Assembly (NCBI GenBank): GCA_049578505.1
Contig: JBAUMC010000084.1
Location: forward strand, 14,205 to 78,204
Source: Bacteroidota bacterium
Lineage (GTDB): Bacteria; Bacteroidota; Ignavibacteria; UBA10030; UBA8401
Direction: 5' to 3'
DNA length: 64,000 nt
Shown here: piece after piece, positions 8,630 through 17,217 of the stretch
Position numbering within the stretch: the stretch's first letter is position 1
Layout: every line of letters begins with the position of its first letter
Translations under genes and position numbers: made by a program
Notes under the pieces: generated by a model
The model's database searches: none
Seen by the model: the letters and a program-made list of their open reading frames with translations, nothing else
What the model was told of the DNA's origin: nothing

Positions 8630-8797
8630 TGCAATGCTCCAAATTTTTAATTTGACATCGAGCCTGCAATGAACTATATTTGACTTAGGTCGGTCGCTTG
8701 TTCAACGCAGGCGATTGATTAGGGCTTATCGGGTGCTCGTAACACTCGGTAGGCCCGCTTAAACGCGGGCGAGATAAGGGTATTTTAAGCAAGTTAC

Positions 8798-9316
8798 TCA
8801 TGCACCTGTCCCTCTCGTATTCTTTTCGAGTTTTTTACCTAACCCGCTCCAACTTCTCTTGGAACGGGTTTTTGTTTGTAGATCAACCCTTCCGTCGTCT
8901 AACATCTTAAAGCGTTTCCTCTTGTCTCGCATAATAGCATTTTTGATAACAGCGTAGGGGGCTTTCTCGCTGATCTTCACTCCTTCGGCTCTCATTTTAT
9001 GAATAAGGTCTTTTTGCCTCTGTGCACCTTCGGTAATAAGAATAAGCTCAAGCGCATCGCCGATTGACTTGCCAATAAGAGAGAAGTGCTTACCCAAATA
9101 TTTCTTCTGCAATCGCTCTTTCGGTAGGCCGCTAACGCTCGCTAAATTGTCAATGAACTCGTCCATCTTCTTTACCAATTCCGCCTTCTTCAATTGCAGG
9201 GAGTTAATCTGTTCTGTCAGTTCCATAAATTCCTCGTGATAGTTATTAACGAATGCGTCCACGCCTTCCATCATTTCCGTGGCCGCTGTACGAGTGCTAT
9301 CATTTTTGGAACTCAT
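8798..9316 (-). CDS. IS passenger: coiled-coil protein with basic winged-helix-like C-terminus, function unknown
   Basis: 172 aa. The N-terminal half has heptad-like coiled-coil character (LTEQINSLQLKKAELVKKMDEF). The C-terminal part GVKISEKAPYAVIKNAIMRDKRKRFKMLDDGRVDL resembles HARE-HTH/winged-helix modules. No database check was possible. Confidence 0.5.
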   Translation of the reverse strand: MSSKNDSTRTAATEMMEGVDAFVNNYHEEFMELTEQINSLQLKKAELVKKMDEFIDNLASVSGLPKERLQKKYLGKHFSLIGKSIGDALELILITEGAQRQKDLIHKMRAEGVKISEKAPYAVIKNAIMRDKRKRFKMLDDGRVDLQTKTRSKRSWSGLGKKLEKNTRGTGA

Positions 9317-9458
9317 GGCGATCTGTTCTTTTTGTCAGTCATAATATAGTAAGTAAATACATTGTTGTCAAGTACTTTTTTGAAAATATTTTTAGTGTTT
9401 TTGAAATTGAATTTTGAACTGATTCTAAGCATATTTGCGACACCTTAAGGGGCTATTT

Positions 9459-9698
9459 ATGACTGAAAAAGATTATACAAAACTCTCCGACGTTGACCTT
9501 CAACTATTGAGTCACACAACAAACCCCGATGGCTTCAAAGCCGCCTTAACGGAAATTGATCGGCGGCAAAAAGAAGAACATGAAAAAGATCAACGCACCC
9601 AAAAAAAGATAAAACAGATAACGTTTTGGACTCTTATTGTGAGCCTTGCAATACTCGTCATTACCCTTTTTCAGCTCTTCCACATAGCGGGTATCTAA
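9459..9698 (+). CDS. IS passenger: small tail-anchored membrane protein
   Basis: The ATG at 9459 is preceded by AAGGGG. The protein is charged and soluble at the N-terminus, with one C-terminal TM helix (ITFWTLIVSLAILVITLFQLF). The ORF track starts at a TTG at 9435. Confidence 0.45.
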   Translation: MTEKDYTKLSDVDLQLLSHTTNPDGFKAALTEIDRRQKEEHEKDQRTQKKIKQITFWTLIVSLAILVITLFQLFHIAGI

Positions 9699-9821
9699 GT
9701 AAATCTCATAATACAAGCGCGAGATGTTTGCTATTCCGATAATCACTATACTAAACATCACTTTGTAAAAGATATTTGTCAAGTTTTCTATCTCCTTTCG
9801 CTTACTAATCAAGGAAGCGTC

Positions 9822-10154
9822 ATGAAAATACTTTTAACGGCATTTTTTCTACTTGTTGCGGGGTGCGCGACAACCCGCCCGTTCGACACCACAAACATGG
9901 ACATTGGGCAGAGTCAGGCATCAGTAACTGAAAGGTACGGTCAGCCCGACTATACCGCAGGGGTCTTAACACCCGATGGAAATAAACTGATACGCTATGA
10001 GTTCCGCCATGCAAACTACAATCGTACAATTTATGACCCGCCTTATGAAATCTTACAAGTACTTTTCTATAACGGTAAGGTCGTCGCGTGGGGGCGACCG
10101 GATGAAATATCATTGCGCCAAGCTGATGTAGTGATTGAACAAAGATTCAGGTGA
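9822..10154 (+). CDS. IS passenger: small lipoprotein (BamE/SmpA-OmlA-like)
   Basis: MKILLTAFFLLVAGC signal plus lipobox, with AAGGAA upstream of the ATG. The GQSQASVTERYGQPD ... YNGKVVAWG pattern resembles the SmpA/OmlA fold. Confidence 0.55.
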   Translation: MKILLTAFFLLVAGCATTRPFDTTNMDIGQSQASVTERYGQPDYTAGVLTPDGNKLIRYEFRHANYNRTIYDPPYEILQVLFYNGKVVAWGRPDEISLRQADVVIEQRFR

Positions 10155-10332
10155 AATATCTGATTCTTGTCGTGCCAAACTTTTCGGCGCGTCAATTTGT
10201 CATTTCGTTTCTGCTTCATTTTAACGGTTCCTTTCAAACTTGAGCACTACCCTTTATCGCGCTTCGTTGCTTTTTTAAGCGAATTATGTTACTTTTATCC
10301 AGTCACAAAACGCTTACCAATAATGGCGATGT

Positions 10333-11490
10333 ATGGCTGAAGAAACAAACGAACAGAAGCCGCGCGACGAATCCTTTCGTCGCCCCAGGTACCCACGTTA
10401 CCGCCGGCCGAACAGGAAACCGTCGGATCAAGTTTCGACGGAAGGGGTGCAGGCTGTTGAATCGCCCGCTGTGACCGGTTCGCTGAGTGAATCGCCGAAT
10501 GCAGGCACCGCGGCGCAAGAGATCAAAACACCCCCACAGACAAACCAGCATCGTCCGCAGAACATTGAAATTTCCGTCGTCATTCCGCTCTTTAACGAAG
10601 AGCAATCGCTGAAGGAACTTGCCGACCAATTGAAGAATACACTCGTCCGGTTCGGCGGGCGCTATGAACTTATTTTCGTCGACGACGGCAGCACTGACAA
10701 TTCTTTCCGGATGCTGCGCGACCTTCATTTCCGAAACAACCGCATCAAAGTCATTCGCTTTCGCCGGAACTACGGGAAAAGCGCTGCCTTGATGGTCGGT
10801 TTCCAAAGGGCCCAGGGCGATTACGTTGTAACGATGGATGCCGATCTTCAGGATGACCCGGCGGAAATTCCGAATCTGATCCGACAATTAAAATCGGGCT
10901 ACGATGTTGTCTCCGGATGGAAGAAAAAACGTCACGACCCGATCACGAAAACTCTCCCGTCGAAGTTTTTCAATTTTGTCACAAGCGTTATGACGGGGGT
11001 GAAAATTCACGATTCCAATTGCGGCTTGAAAGCATACCGGCGCGACGTCGTAAAAACTGTGAACGTGTATGGGGAATTGCACCGTTACATTCCCGCACTT
11101 GCGCAGTGGCAGGGGTATCGCATCGGCGAGGTCGTCGTCCAGCATCGCGCAAGAAAATACGGAAAGACAAAGTTCGGTCTGGGAAGATTTTTCAAGGGAT
11201 TTCTCGATTTGCTGACCGTTCTTTTTACAACCCGCTACATTGCCCGGCCACTCCATTTATTCGGCCTTTGGGGAATGGTGTCTGCGTTTGCCGGCCTGTG
11301 CATTGATGGATACCTTGTTGAAGAATGGGTCGTCGGTAAAACGTCGCTCAGCAATCGTCCCCTCTTTCTCGTCGGGTTGATTCTCATTATCGTCGGGATA
11401 CAGTTTGTGTCGATCGGCTTGCTTGGAGAGATGATCACCAAAGGACAACATGTTGAGAAGGAATATTCGATCAGGGAAATCATCAAATAG
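10333..11490 (+). CDS. family 2 glycosyltransferase (polyprenyl-phosphate sugar transferase type, DPM1/GtrB/ArnC-like) with an 85-aa low-complexity N-terminal extension
   Basis: The GT-A core has SVVIPLFNEE, FVDDGSTDNS and MDADLQDDP (DxD), plus two C-terminal TM helices. The first 85 aa or so are rich in Arg, Pro and Gln. Confidence 0.85.
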   Translation: MAEETNEQKPRDESFRRPRYPRYRRPNRKPSDQVSTEGVQAVESPAVTGSLSESPNAGTAAQEIKTPPQTNQHRPQNIEISVVIPLFNEEQSLKELADQLKNTLVRFGGRYELIFVDDGSTDNSFRMLRDLHFRNNRIKVIRFRRNYGKSAALMVGFQRAQGDYVVTMDADLQDDPAEIPNLIRQLKSGYDVVSGWKKKRHDPITKTLPSKFFNFVTSVMTGVKIHDSNCGLKAYRRDVVKTVNVYGELHRYIPALAQWQGYRIGEVVVQHRARKYGKTKFGLGRFFKGFLDLLTVLFTTRYIARPLHLFGLWGMVSAFAGLCIDGYLVEEWVVGKTSLSNRPLFLVGLILIIVGIQFVSIGLLGEMITKGQHVEKEYSIREIIK

Positions 11491-11587
11491 CCGGTGTAAG
11501 GGCGAGATAAGGTTTGAGCCATTCATTTAAAACGATTTCAACTTTCCGAACAGCAACCGACCGTAGTTAACGTTATCATCGAAACTC

Positions 11588-12655
11588 ATGCTTCTTAAAA
11601 CCGACTGCCGCCACTTTCGCGGCGATGTCCCCTGTAAACCCCATAAGCAGCACGGCGTTCACTGTGAGAGCTGTACGTATTACGACCCCATCGATAAAAA
11701 CATCCTCATCATAAAACTCGGCGCTATCGGCGATGTCATTCGCACGACGCCGCTTCTTCACCGGTTGAAAAAAGATTTCCCGCACGCAAAAATCTGGTGG
11801 CTCACTCTTACTCCGGAAATGCTCCCGGACCTTGTGGACGTCCGGATGAAGTTTACGCTGGAAAATATTGTTTCCCTTCGATCGGTGAAATTCGATACCC
11901 TCTACAATCTTGATAAAGACCGAGAAGCGTGTGCTCTCGCCCTCCAAATAACAGCTGATACAAAGAAGGGTTTCATCCTGAAGAATGGGGTCTGCGCGCC
12001 GGCCGACAAAGATGCCGAAGCTAAGTTTTTTACCGGCGTTTTCGACGATACGAACAAAGCAAACACGAAAAGTTATCCCCAGGAAATTTTTGACGTGTGC
12101 GGGTTTAAGTTCACCGGAGAAAAATATATCCTGCCGTTCGAACCATGGATGGATAAACGGTGGAAGCTGCACGGGAAGAAAAAAATAATCGGCTTCAACA
12201 CCGGCTGCGGCGGACGCTGGACATCGCGCCTCTGGCCGGAGAAGTATTGGGTCGCTGCGGCACGATCGCTGAAGAAAGCCGGTTACGAGGTGCTCCTTCT
12301 TGGCGGGGAACAAGAGCATAAAAAGAACATGAAGATCGCAAAGGCAAGCGGGGCAAAATATTTCGGTCATTATCCGCTCAAGGAATTCATCAATCTTGTC
12401 AACCAGTGCGACCTCGTTGTTACGGCAGTGACGATGGCAATGCACATCACCATCGGGCTTGGCAAGAAGATAGTTCTCTTCAATAACATTTTTAACAAAC
12501 ATGAATTCGAGCTGTACGGACTCGGAAAGATTCTTGAACCGGAATTTGAGTGCACCTGTTATTACTCGCCGACATGTCCCAACAATTGCATGCAATATCT
12601 TTATCCTGAACGTGTTGTAAAAACAGTACGGCAACTTCTGGGAGCATCCGGGTGA
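11588..12655 (+). CDS. family 9 glycosyltransferase (LPS heptosyltransferase-like)
   Basis: ILIIKLGAIGDVIRTTPLL, a GT9 N-terminal signature, and a C-terminal half LLGGEQEHK ... VTAVTMAMHI. Cys-rich N-terminal 35 aa and C-terminal CTCYYSPTCPNNC. Confidence 0.8.
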   Translation: MLLKTDCRHFRGDVPCKPHKQHGVHCESCTYYDPIDKNILIIKLGAIGDVIRTTPLLHRLKKDFPHAKIWWLTLTPEMLPDLVDVRMKFTLENIVSLRSVKFDTLYNLDKDREACALALQITADTKKGFILKNGVCAPADKDAEAKFFTGVFDDTNKANTKSYPQEIFDVCGFKFTGEKYILPFEPWMDKRWKLHGKKKIIGFNTGCGGRWTSRLWPEKYWVAAARSLKKAGYEVLLLGGEQEHKKNMKIAKASGAKYFGHYPLKEFINLVNQCDLVVTAVTMAMHITIGLGKKIVLFNNIFNKHEFELYGLGKILEPEFECTCYYSPTCPNNCMQYLYPERVVKTVRQLLGASG

Positions 12656-12665
12656 TGCGTACGCG

Positions 12666-13796
12666 ATGAACGTTCTCATTCTTGGTACGGCGTACCCACT
12701 GCGCGGCGGTATTGCCCATTACAACGCCCTTCTTTATACCCATCTGAAAAAGAAACATGCCGTAGAAATTATTTCCTTCAAGAGACAATATCCGAAAATT
12801 TTTTTCCCGGGGAAGACGCAGGAGGAACTGGGAGAACCGGGCTTGCCGGTAACGAGTGAACAGTTGATCGATTCGGTAAATCCGTTGAATTGGATTCGGG
12901 TGGGTTTAGCTCTTCGCAAGCGAAACGCAGACACGGTGATTTTTAAGTACTGGCTTCCGTTTTTCGGCCCATGTATCGGAACAATCTGCGCTCTGCTGAA
13001 GTTCGGGCGGAAGACAAAAGTCGTTGCCATCTGCGATAATGTGATTCCGCACGAGCATCGTCCCGGCGATGCGTTGTTTACATGGTATGCCTTCAAATTT
13101 GTCGATGCGTTCATCGTTCAATCGGATACGGTCGAAAAAGATTTGCTCTCGACGGTAGAAAACCCGAAGTACAGAAAAGTTCCGCACCCGGTCTATGAAA
13201 TTTTTGGCGAACGCATTGAAAAAAAATGGGCTCGTGCAAAACTTAACATCCGCGACGAAAAGGTAATTCTTTTTTTCGGCTATATCCGACCGTACAAAGG
13301 GCTCCACGTTATGATCGATGCGATGAAAGAGCTAAAAAAATCTTTCGCTCTTAAATTGCTGGTCGTCGGAGAGTTCTACGACGACGAAGAGAAATACCGC
13401 TGGCACATCTCGGATGCACAAGTCCGCGATGTCATTGACGTCGTGTCGGATTATGTGCCGAACGAGAAAGTAGGAGAATATTTTTCTGCAGCGGACGCAG
13501 TTATTTTGCCGTATCTTTCGGCAACACAAAGCGGAATTACTCAAATTGCCTATAACTTCGACAAACCGGTTATCGCATCCGATGTCGGCGGGCTTGCGGA
13601 AGTCGTCGTTGATGGAGTTTCCGGATTGATCGTTCCGCCGAACAATCCGTCAAAGCTTGCAAGCGCGATAAAAAGGTTTTATTCCGAGAACCTTGAGGAA
13701 CAACTTTCTGCCGGCGCTGCGAGAGAAAAGAAGAAATATTCGTGGGAGAGAATGGTGGATGCGATAGAGCAATTAACAGTGATCGGTAAACAGTAA
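12666..13796 (+). CDS. family 4 glycosyltransferase (GT-B, glycosyl transferase group 1)
   Basis: The C-terminal GT1 signature has YFSAADAVILPYLSATQSGI and DVGGLAEVVVDGVSGLIV (EX7E-type region). Confidence 0.85.
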   Translation: MNVLILGTAYPLRGGIAHYNALLYTHLKKKHAVEIISFKRQYPKIFFPGKTQEELGEPGLPVTSEQLIDSVNPLNWIRVGLALRKRNADTVIFKYWLPFFGPCIGTICALLKFGRKTKVVAICDNVIPHEHRPGDALFTWYAFKFVDAFIVQSDTVEKDLLSTVENPKYRKVPHPVYEIFGERIEKKWARAKLNIRDEKVILFFGYIRPYKGLHVMIDAMKELKKSFALKLLVVGEFYDDEEKYRWHISDAQVRDVIDVVSDYVPNEKVGEYFSAADAVILPYLSATQSGITQIAYNFDKPVIASDVGGLAEVVVDGVSGLIVPPNNPSKLASAIKRFYSENLEEQLSAGAAREKKKYSWERMVDAIEQLTVIGKQ

Positions 13797-13882
13797 ACAG
13801 TTACCAACATAAATGTTGTTTACCGTTTACTTCAACGTGTTAGCTGATCATCGTTCACTGTTCACTGATGACTGAGCACTGA
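13785..13882. repeat. phased heptanucleotide tract, 14 units spanning the whole GT4-methyltransferase spacer
   Basis: ggtaaac agtaaac agttacc aacataa atgttgt ttaccgt ttacttc aacgtgt tagctga tcatcgt tcactgt tcactga tgactga gcactga. All units are in one 7-nt register and end 2 nt before the ATG at 13885. Confidence 0.75.
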
Positions 13883-13884
13883 AA

Positions 13885-14706
13885 ATGCATTACGACCCTA
13901 TAAAAAATGTAATCGGTAATGTTGCGCGGACCAGCCCGCTGGTGCGGAGGATCTTCTACATCGTTCTCGGGATTATGTTTTTACGCGAGTGGTACGTAAA
14001 GCGCGCTCTCCGGAAGGTGCTGGGGGGAAAAAGGGAACCGTTCATGATGTTCGACGCCGGTAGCGGTTTCGGACAATATTCGTACTACTGCGCCAAGCAA
14101 TTCCCGTCGGCAACAATCTACGCGGTCGACGTGAAAGAAGAACAAATCGCCGATTGCCGTTTCTTTTTTTCAAAAAGGAAGTTTAATAATGTATCGTTCG
14201 GAGTCGAAGACTTGACAATTCCAAAACATACCAATCGATTTGATTTTATTCTATCCGTCGATGTTATGGAACATATTCAGGACGACGTGCAGGTGTTCAA
14301 GAATTTCTTTCAGGCGTTAAAGCCCGGCGGCAAGGTTCTGATCAACACGCCGTCTAATCTCGGCGGCTCGGATGCGCACGACGAGAATGAAACAAGCTTT
14401 ATCGGAGAACACGCCCGCAACGGCTACTCCGTCGACGACATCACGCGAAAGCTGAAAAGCGCCGGTTTTCAGATGGAAAAGGTTACGTATACGTACGGAC
14501 CGATTGGAAGTGTCGCATGGCGGCTCGGCATCAAATACCCGATGCTGATGCTGAACAAAAGCAAGCTGAATTTCGTACTCCTTCCATTCTATTACATTCT
14601 CACCCTGTGGCTTACACTCCTTTTGATGTATGCCGACTACAAATTTCCCAACACACGGGGAACAGGATTACTTGTCGTTGCCGCCAAATCGGCATCGCAA
14701 CGTTAG
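13885..14706 (+). CDS. class I SAM-dependent methyltransferase with C-terminal membrane segments
   Basis: SAM motif I MFDAGSGFGQY, an acidic loop AVDV and a post-I region. The C-terminal LNFVLLPFYYILTLWLTLLLMY is hydrophobic. Confidence 0.8.
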   Translation: MHYDPIKNVIGNVARTSPLVRRIFYIVLGIMFLREWYVKRALRKVLGGKREPFMMFDAGSGFGQYSYYCAKQFPSATIYAVDVKEEQIADCRFFFSKRKFNNVSFGVEDLTIPKHTNRFDFILSVDVMEHIQDDVQVFKNFFQALKPGGKVLINTPSNLGGSDAHDENETSFIGEHARNGYSVDDITRKLKSAGFQMEKVTYTYGPIGSVAWRLGIKYPMLMLNKSKLNFVLLPFYYILTLWLTLLLMYADYKFPNTRGTGLLVVAAKSASQR

Positions 14707-14846
14707 CCCTATCCGTTTGGAGCGGTGGGCAGAGGTGTACTTCGAATTCTCAAAATTTCAGGAGACGGCGCACTCAATTATATAGTGAGGAGCAAGACGA
14801 TGCCACGCGTGTTGTCCATTAAGCTTCATCGATACCTCAACACAAA

Positions 14847-16106
14847 GTGATGCCCTTCGGCAAGACGTTCGACATCTTGCTAATATTCATCTTTCCCTTG
14901 TTTTTCTTCTCTCCTTTTTGTATTATTGAAAAACCACAGAAGACCAACCCTCTCGTTGTTTCGTTCATGAAGACCCTTCGTGCCGTTGAAGCAGAGCCCA
15001 CACATGCGTCGGCACCGTCATCTCAAGCAAAAGAATACAGCCGCATTAAATTAACATTGTCTCTCGTCGGGACGGCGATTTCGTTTATTCTCACGCTCGC
15101 GATTGTCGTCACCGGATTTTCCCTGCGTGTTGAGAATTTCGTCCACTCATATACGCAATCGCCGTACGCCGCGCTCCTTATATTCGGGGCGATACTCGGT
15201 TTGCTGAGCAGCATTTTTTCTTCCCCTCTCAGTTTCTACTCCGGCTTCATCCTCGAGCACCGGTATAATTTGTCAAACCAGACCTTCTTCCAATGGATGT
15301 GGGAACAATGTAAAGCATTTCTTGTCAGCATCCCGATAGCGGTGCCCCTTGTGCTGCTGTTTTATTTTTTCTTGAGAGAATATCAGTTATTATGGTGGCT
15401 GCCGGTCGCAACGGCCATGTTCGTCGTGTCGATGTTGCTTTCTAAAATTGTACCGGTCTTTATTATGCCCCTCTTCTACAAATTCACTCCTTTGGAGAAC
15501 GATGCGCTCAAAGAACGGATTCTCTCGATGTGTAAGAACACCCGCATGAACGTGACTGGAATTTTCACGTTCAACCTGAGCAAGACAACGAAGAAGGCAA
15601 ACGCAGGTTTTACCGGCATCGGAAAATCGAAACGGATTATTCTGGGCGATACGCTGATGCAGCATTTTTCGGATGACGAGGTGGAAACTGTTTTTGCGCA
15701 CGAGCTCGGCCATTACGTCCATGGACATATTTGGAAAAATATCCTGGTTGGGACCCTGAGTATCTATGCCGGACTTTTCATTACGTCAAAACTCTATTTT
15801 GTTTCGCTCGGATGGTTCGGCTTCTCTTCTGTCGATCAGCTCGCGGCCCTGCCGCTGCTGGCACTCTGGCTCGGAGTCTATTCGCTATTGACGTCCCCGT
15901 TGTCGAACGTTTTGTCGCGGAAGTATGAGTTCGAAGCGGACCGCTACGCTCTCGAGAGGACCGGAAATGCTTCGGCGTTTACCTCCACGATGAGGAAGCT
16001 TGCCGAAATGAACCTGGCCGATACTGCGCCGCATCCGGTTATAGAATTTCTTTTTTACAGCCACCCGTCGATAGAAAAAAGAATTCGCGCTGCGGAGAAT
16101 CCGTAA
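14847..16106 (+). CDS. M48-family zinc metalloprotease (Ste24/HtpX-like), polytopic membrane protein
   Basis: HEXXH in FAHELGHYVHGH and a downstream E in EFEADRYA, with multiple TM helices. The start is uncertain: GTG 14847, ATG 14850, or the Met at residue 41. Confidence 0.8.
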   Translation: MMPFGKTFDILLIFIFPLFFFSPFCIIEKPQKTNPLVVSFMKTLRAVEAEPTHASAPSSQAKEYSRIKLTLSLVGTAISFILTLAIVVTGFSLRVENFVHSYTQSPYAALLIFGAILGLLSSIFSSPLSFYSGFILEHRYNLSNQTFFQWMWEQCKAFLVSIPIAVPLVLLFYFFLREYQLLWWLPVATAMFVVSMLLSKIVPVFIMPLFYKFTPLENDALKERILSMCKNTRMNVTGIFTFNLSKTTKKANAGFTGIGKSKRIILGDTLMQHFSDDEVETVFAHELGHYVHGHIWKNILVGTLSIYAGLFITSKLYFVSLGWFGFSSVDQLAALPLLALWLGVYSLLTSPLSNVLSRKYEFEADRYALERTGNASAFTSTMRKLAEMNLADTAPHPVIEFLFYSHPSIEKRIRAAENP

Positions 16107-16822
16107 TGCGAAAGTTATTAACTGTCGGCCGGATCGTTGTCATTGTTGCGACGAATGCTTGCTTGTCGATTGCCGCGCTTCTCAGCCTTCTCGTCGAAAA
16201 AGACGGCCGCACATATTTTTGGGCCGGAAGCACATGGTCGAAACTTACGCTGAAGATTTGCGGGATCGACGTTCGCGTCAAAGGAATGGAACACATTGAG
16301 CTTAACGGATCGTACATTTTCGTGACGAACCATGCCAGCATGTTTGATATTCCGGCGATTATGTCGGTGCTGCCTCGTGTGCGCATCATGTTCAAGAAGG
16401 AATTGTCGTACGTCCCCATCTGGGGCTGGGCGTTGAAATGGGGTCATCACATTATGGTCGACCGGGCGAAAGGAAGTGAAGCAATGAAAAGCCTTGACCG
16501 CGCGGCGAAAGCGATCAAAGCTGGCGGTTCCGTAATTCTTTTTGCGGAAGGAACGCGGACGCGTGATGGGAAATTGCTCCCGTTTAAGCGGGGTGCCTTT
16601 ACGCTTGCGGCAAAATCGGGAGTTCCGATTGTTCCAATAGCGATCAACGGAAGCTTCAAAATCTTACCGAAGAGTTCACTCGATATCCGGCCAAGTCCGA
16701 TTGAATTGCTGATGGGAGAGCAGATCGATACGTCGCACATCACAACACGGGATGAGGAAATTGAGTTGATGAAGCGCGTGAGGGAAATTATTGAACGGAA
16801 CTATCGGGAAGATATTTCTTGA
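16106..16822 (+). CDS. plsC: 1-acyl-sn-glycerol-3-phosphate acyltransferase
   Basis: Acyltransferase motifs NHASMFD (HX4D) and FAEGTRT. The ATG overlaps the M48 TAA stop (TAATG). Confidence 0.85.
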   Translation: MRKLLTVGRIVVIVATNACLSIAALLSLLVEKDGRTYFWAGSTWSKLTLKICGIDVRVKGMEHIELNGSYIFVTNHASMFDIPAIMSVLPRVRIMFKKELSYVPIWGWALKWGHHIMVDRAKGSEAMKSLDRAAKAIKAGGSVILFAEGTRTRDGKLLPFKRGAFTLAAKSGVPIVPIAINGSFKILPKSSLDIRPSPIELLMGEQIDTSHITTRDEEIELMKRVREIIERNYREDIS

Positions 16823-16832
16823 GCGATCGAGT

Positions 16833-16874
16833 ATTGTCTATATTCTGATTTCTGTATTCTGAATTCTATTGTTT
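16833..16874. repeat. phased heptanucleotide tract (attgtct atattct gatttct gtattct gaattct attgttt)
   Basis: Six in-phase units in the plsC-gatC spacer. Confidence 0.75.
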
Positions 16875-16891
16875 TGACCGGAGAAATACCA

Positions 16892-17179
16892 ATGGCTGTA
16901 ACCATAAAAGATGTTGAACACATCGCTGGGCTTGCACGACTGGAGTTCACCGAGAACGAAAAAGAAAAACTGACCCACGAGCTCAACGATATCCTGAAAT
17001 ATATTGATAAATTAAACGAGCTTGACACATCGAACGTTGAACCCTTGTCTCACGTCATTGAGCTGAATAACGTCTTTCGGGAGGACGTCGCGAAGCCGTC
17101 AATTTCTCCCGACGAAGCGTTAAAGAATGCACCGGCAAAGAAGGAGACCTTTTTTAAGGTTCCGAAGGTGATCGGATGA
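16892..17179 (+). CDS. gatC: Asp-tRNA(Asn)/Glu-tRNA(Gln) amidotransferase subunit C
   Basis: MAVTIKDVEHIAGLARLEFTENEKEKLTHELNDILKYIDKLNELDTSNVEP is a typical GatC. The ATG at 16892 follows GGAGAAA. The track start at 16874 is a TTG inside the heptad tract. Confidence 0.9.
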   Translation: MAVTIKDVEHIAGLARLEFTENEKEKLTHELNDILKYIDKLNELDTSNVEPLSHVIELNNVFREDVAKPSISPDEALKNAPAKKETFFKVPKVIG

Positions 17180-17189
17180 ATCACAATTT

Positions 17190-17217
17190 ACGATTGACGA
17201 TTTTCGAATGCCGATTG
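17190..17217. repeat. phased heptanucleotide tract (acgattg acgattt tcgaatg ccgattg)
   Basis: Four in-phase units in the gatC-kdsB junction. They include the ATG at 17208. Confidence 0.6.

Larger units (their letters stand above)
7773..10251 (-). mobile_element. IS1-family insertion sequence carrying passenger genes (2479 bp)
   Basis: Perfect 20-bp terminal IRs: GGTAGTGCTCAAGTTTGAAA at 7773-7792 and its reverse complement at 10232-10251. Perfect 8-bp target-site duplication CTTTATCG at 7765-7772 and 10252-10259. An IS1-type DDE transposase lies inside. Confidence 0.8.

Noticed and set aside
9546-9812. 88-aa minus-strand ORF inside the IS
   Set aside because: It overlaps the plus-strand 79-aa ORF, which has an ATG and a Shine-Dalgarno-like AAGGGG. 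This ORF starts at a TTG with no ribosome-binding context. The plus-strand ORF is preferred, though neither is proven.
8767-11512. Shared 13-mer gggcgagataagg at 8767-8779 and 11500-11512
   Set aside because: Several 13-mer coincidences are expected by chance in 64 kb counting both strands, and the flanking sequence does not align.
11576-12679. 367-aa ORF on the minus strand
   Set aside because: It is antisense to the GT9 glycosyltransferase gene across its full length. The product is Cys/Arg/Phe-rich nonsense-like sequence, so it is a shadow ORF.
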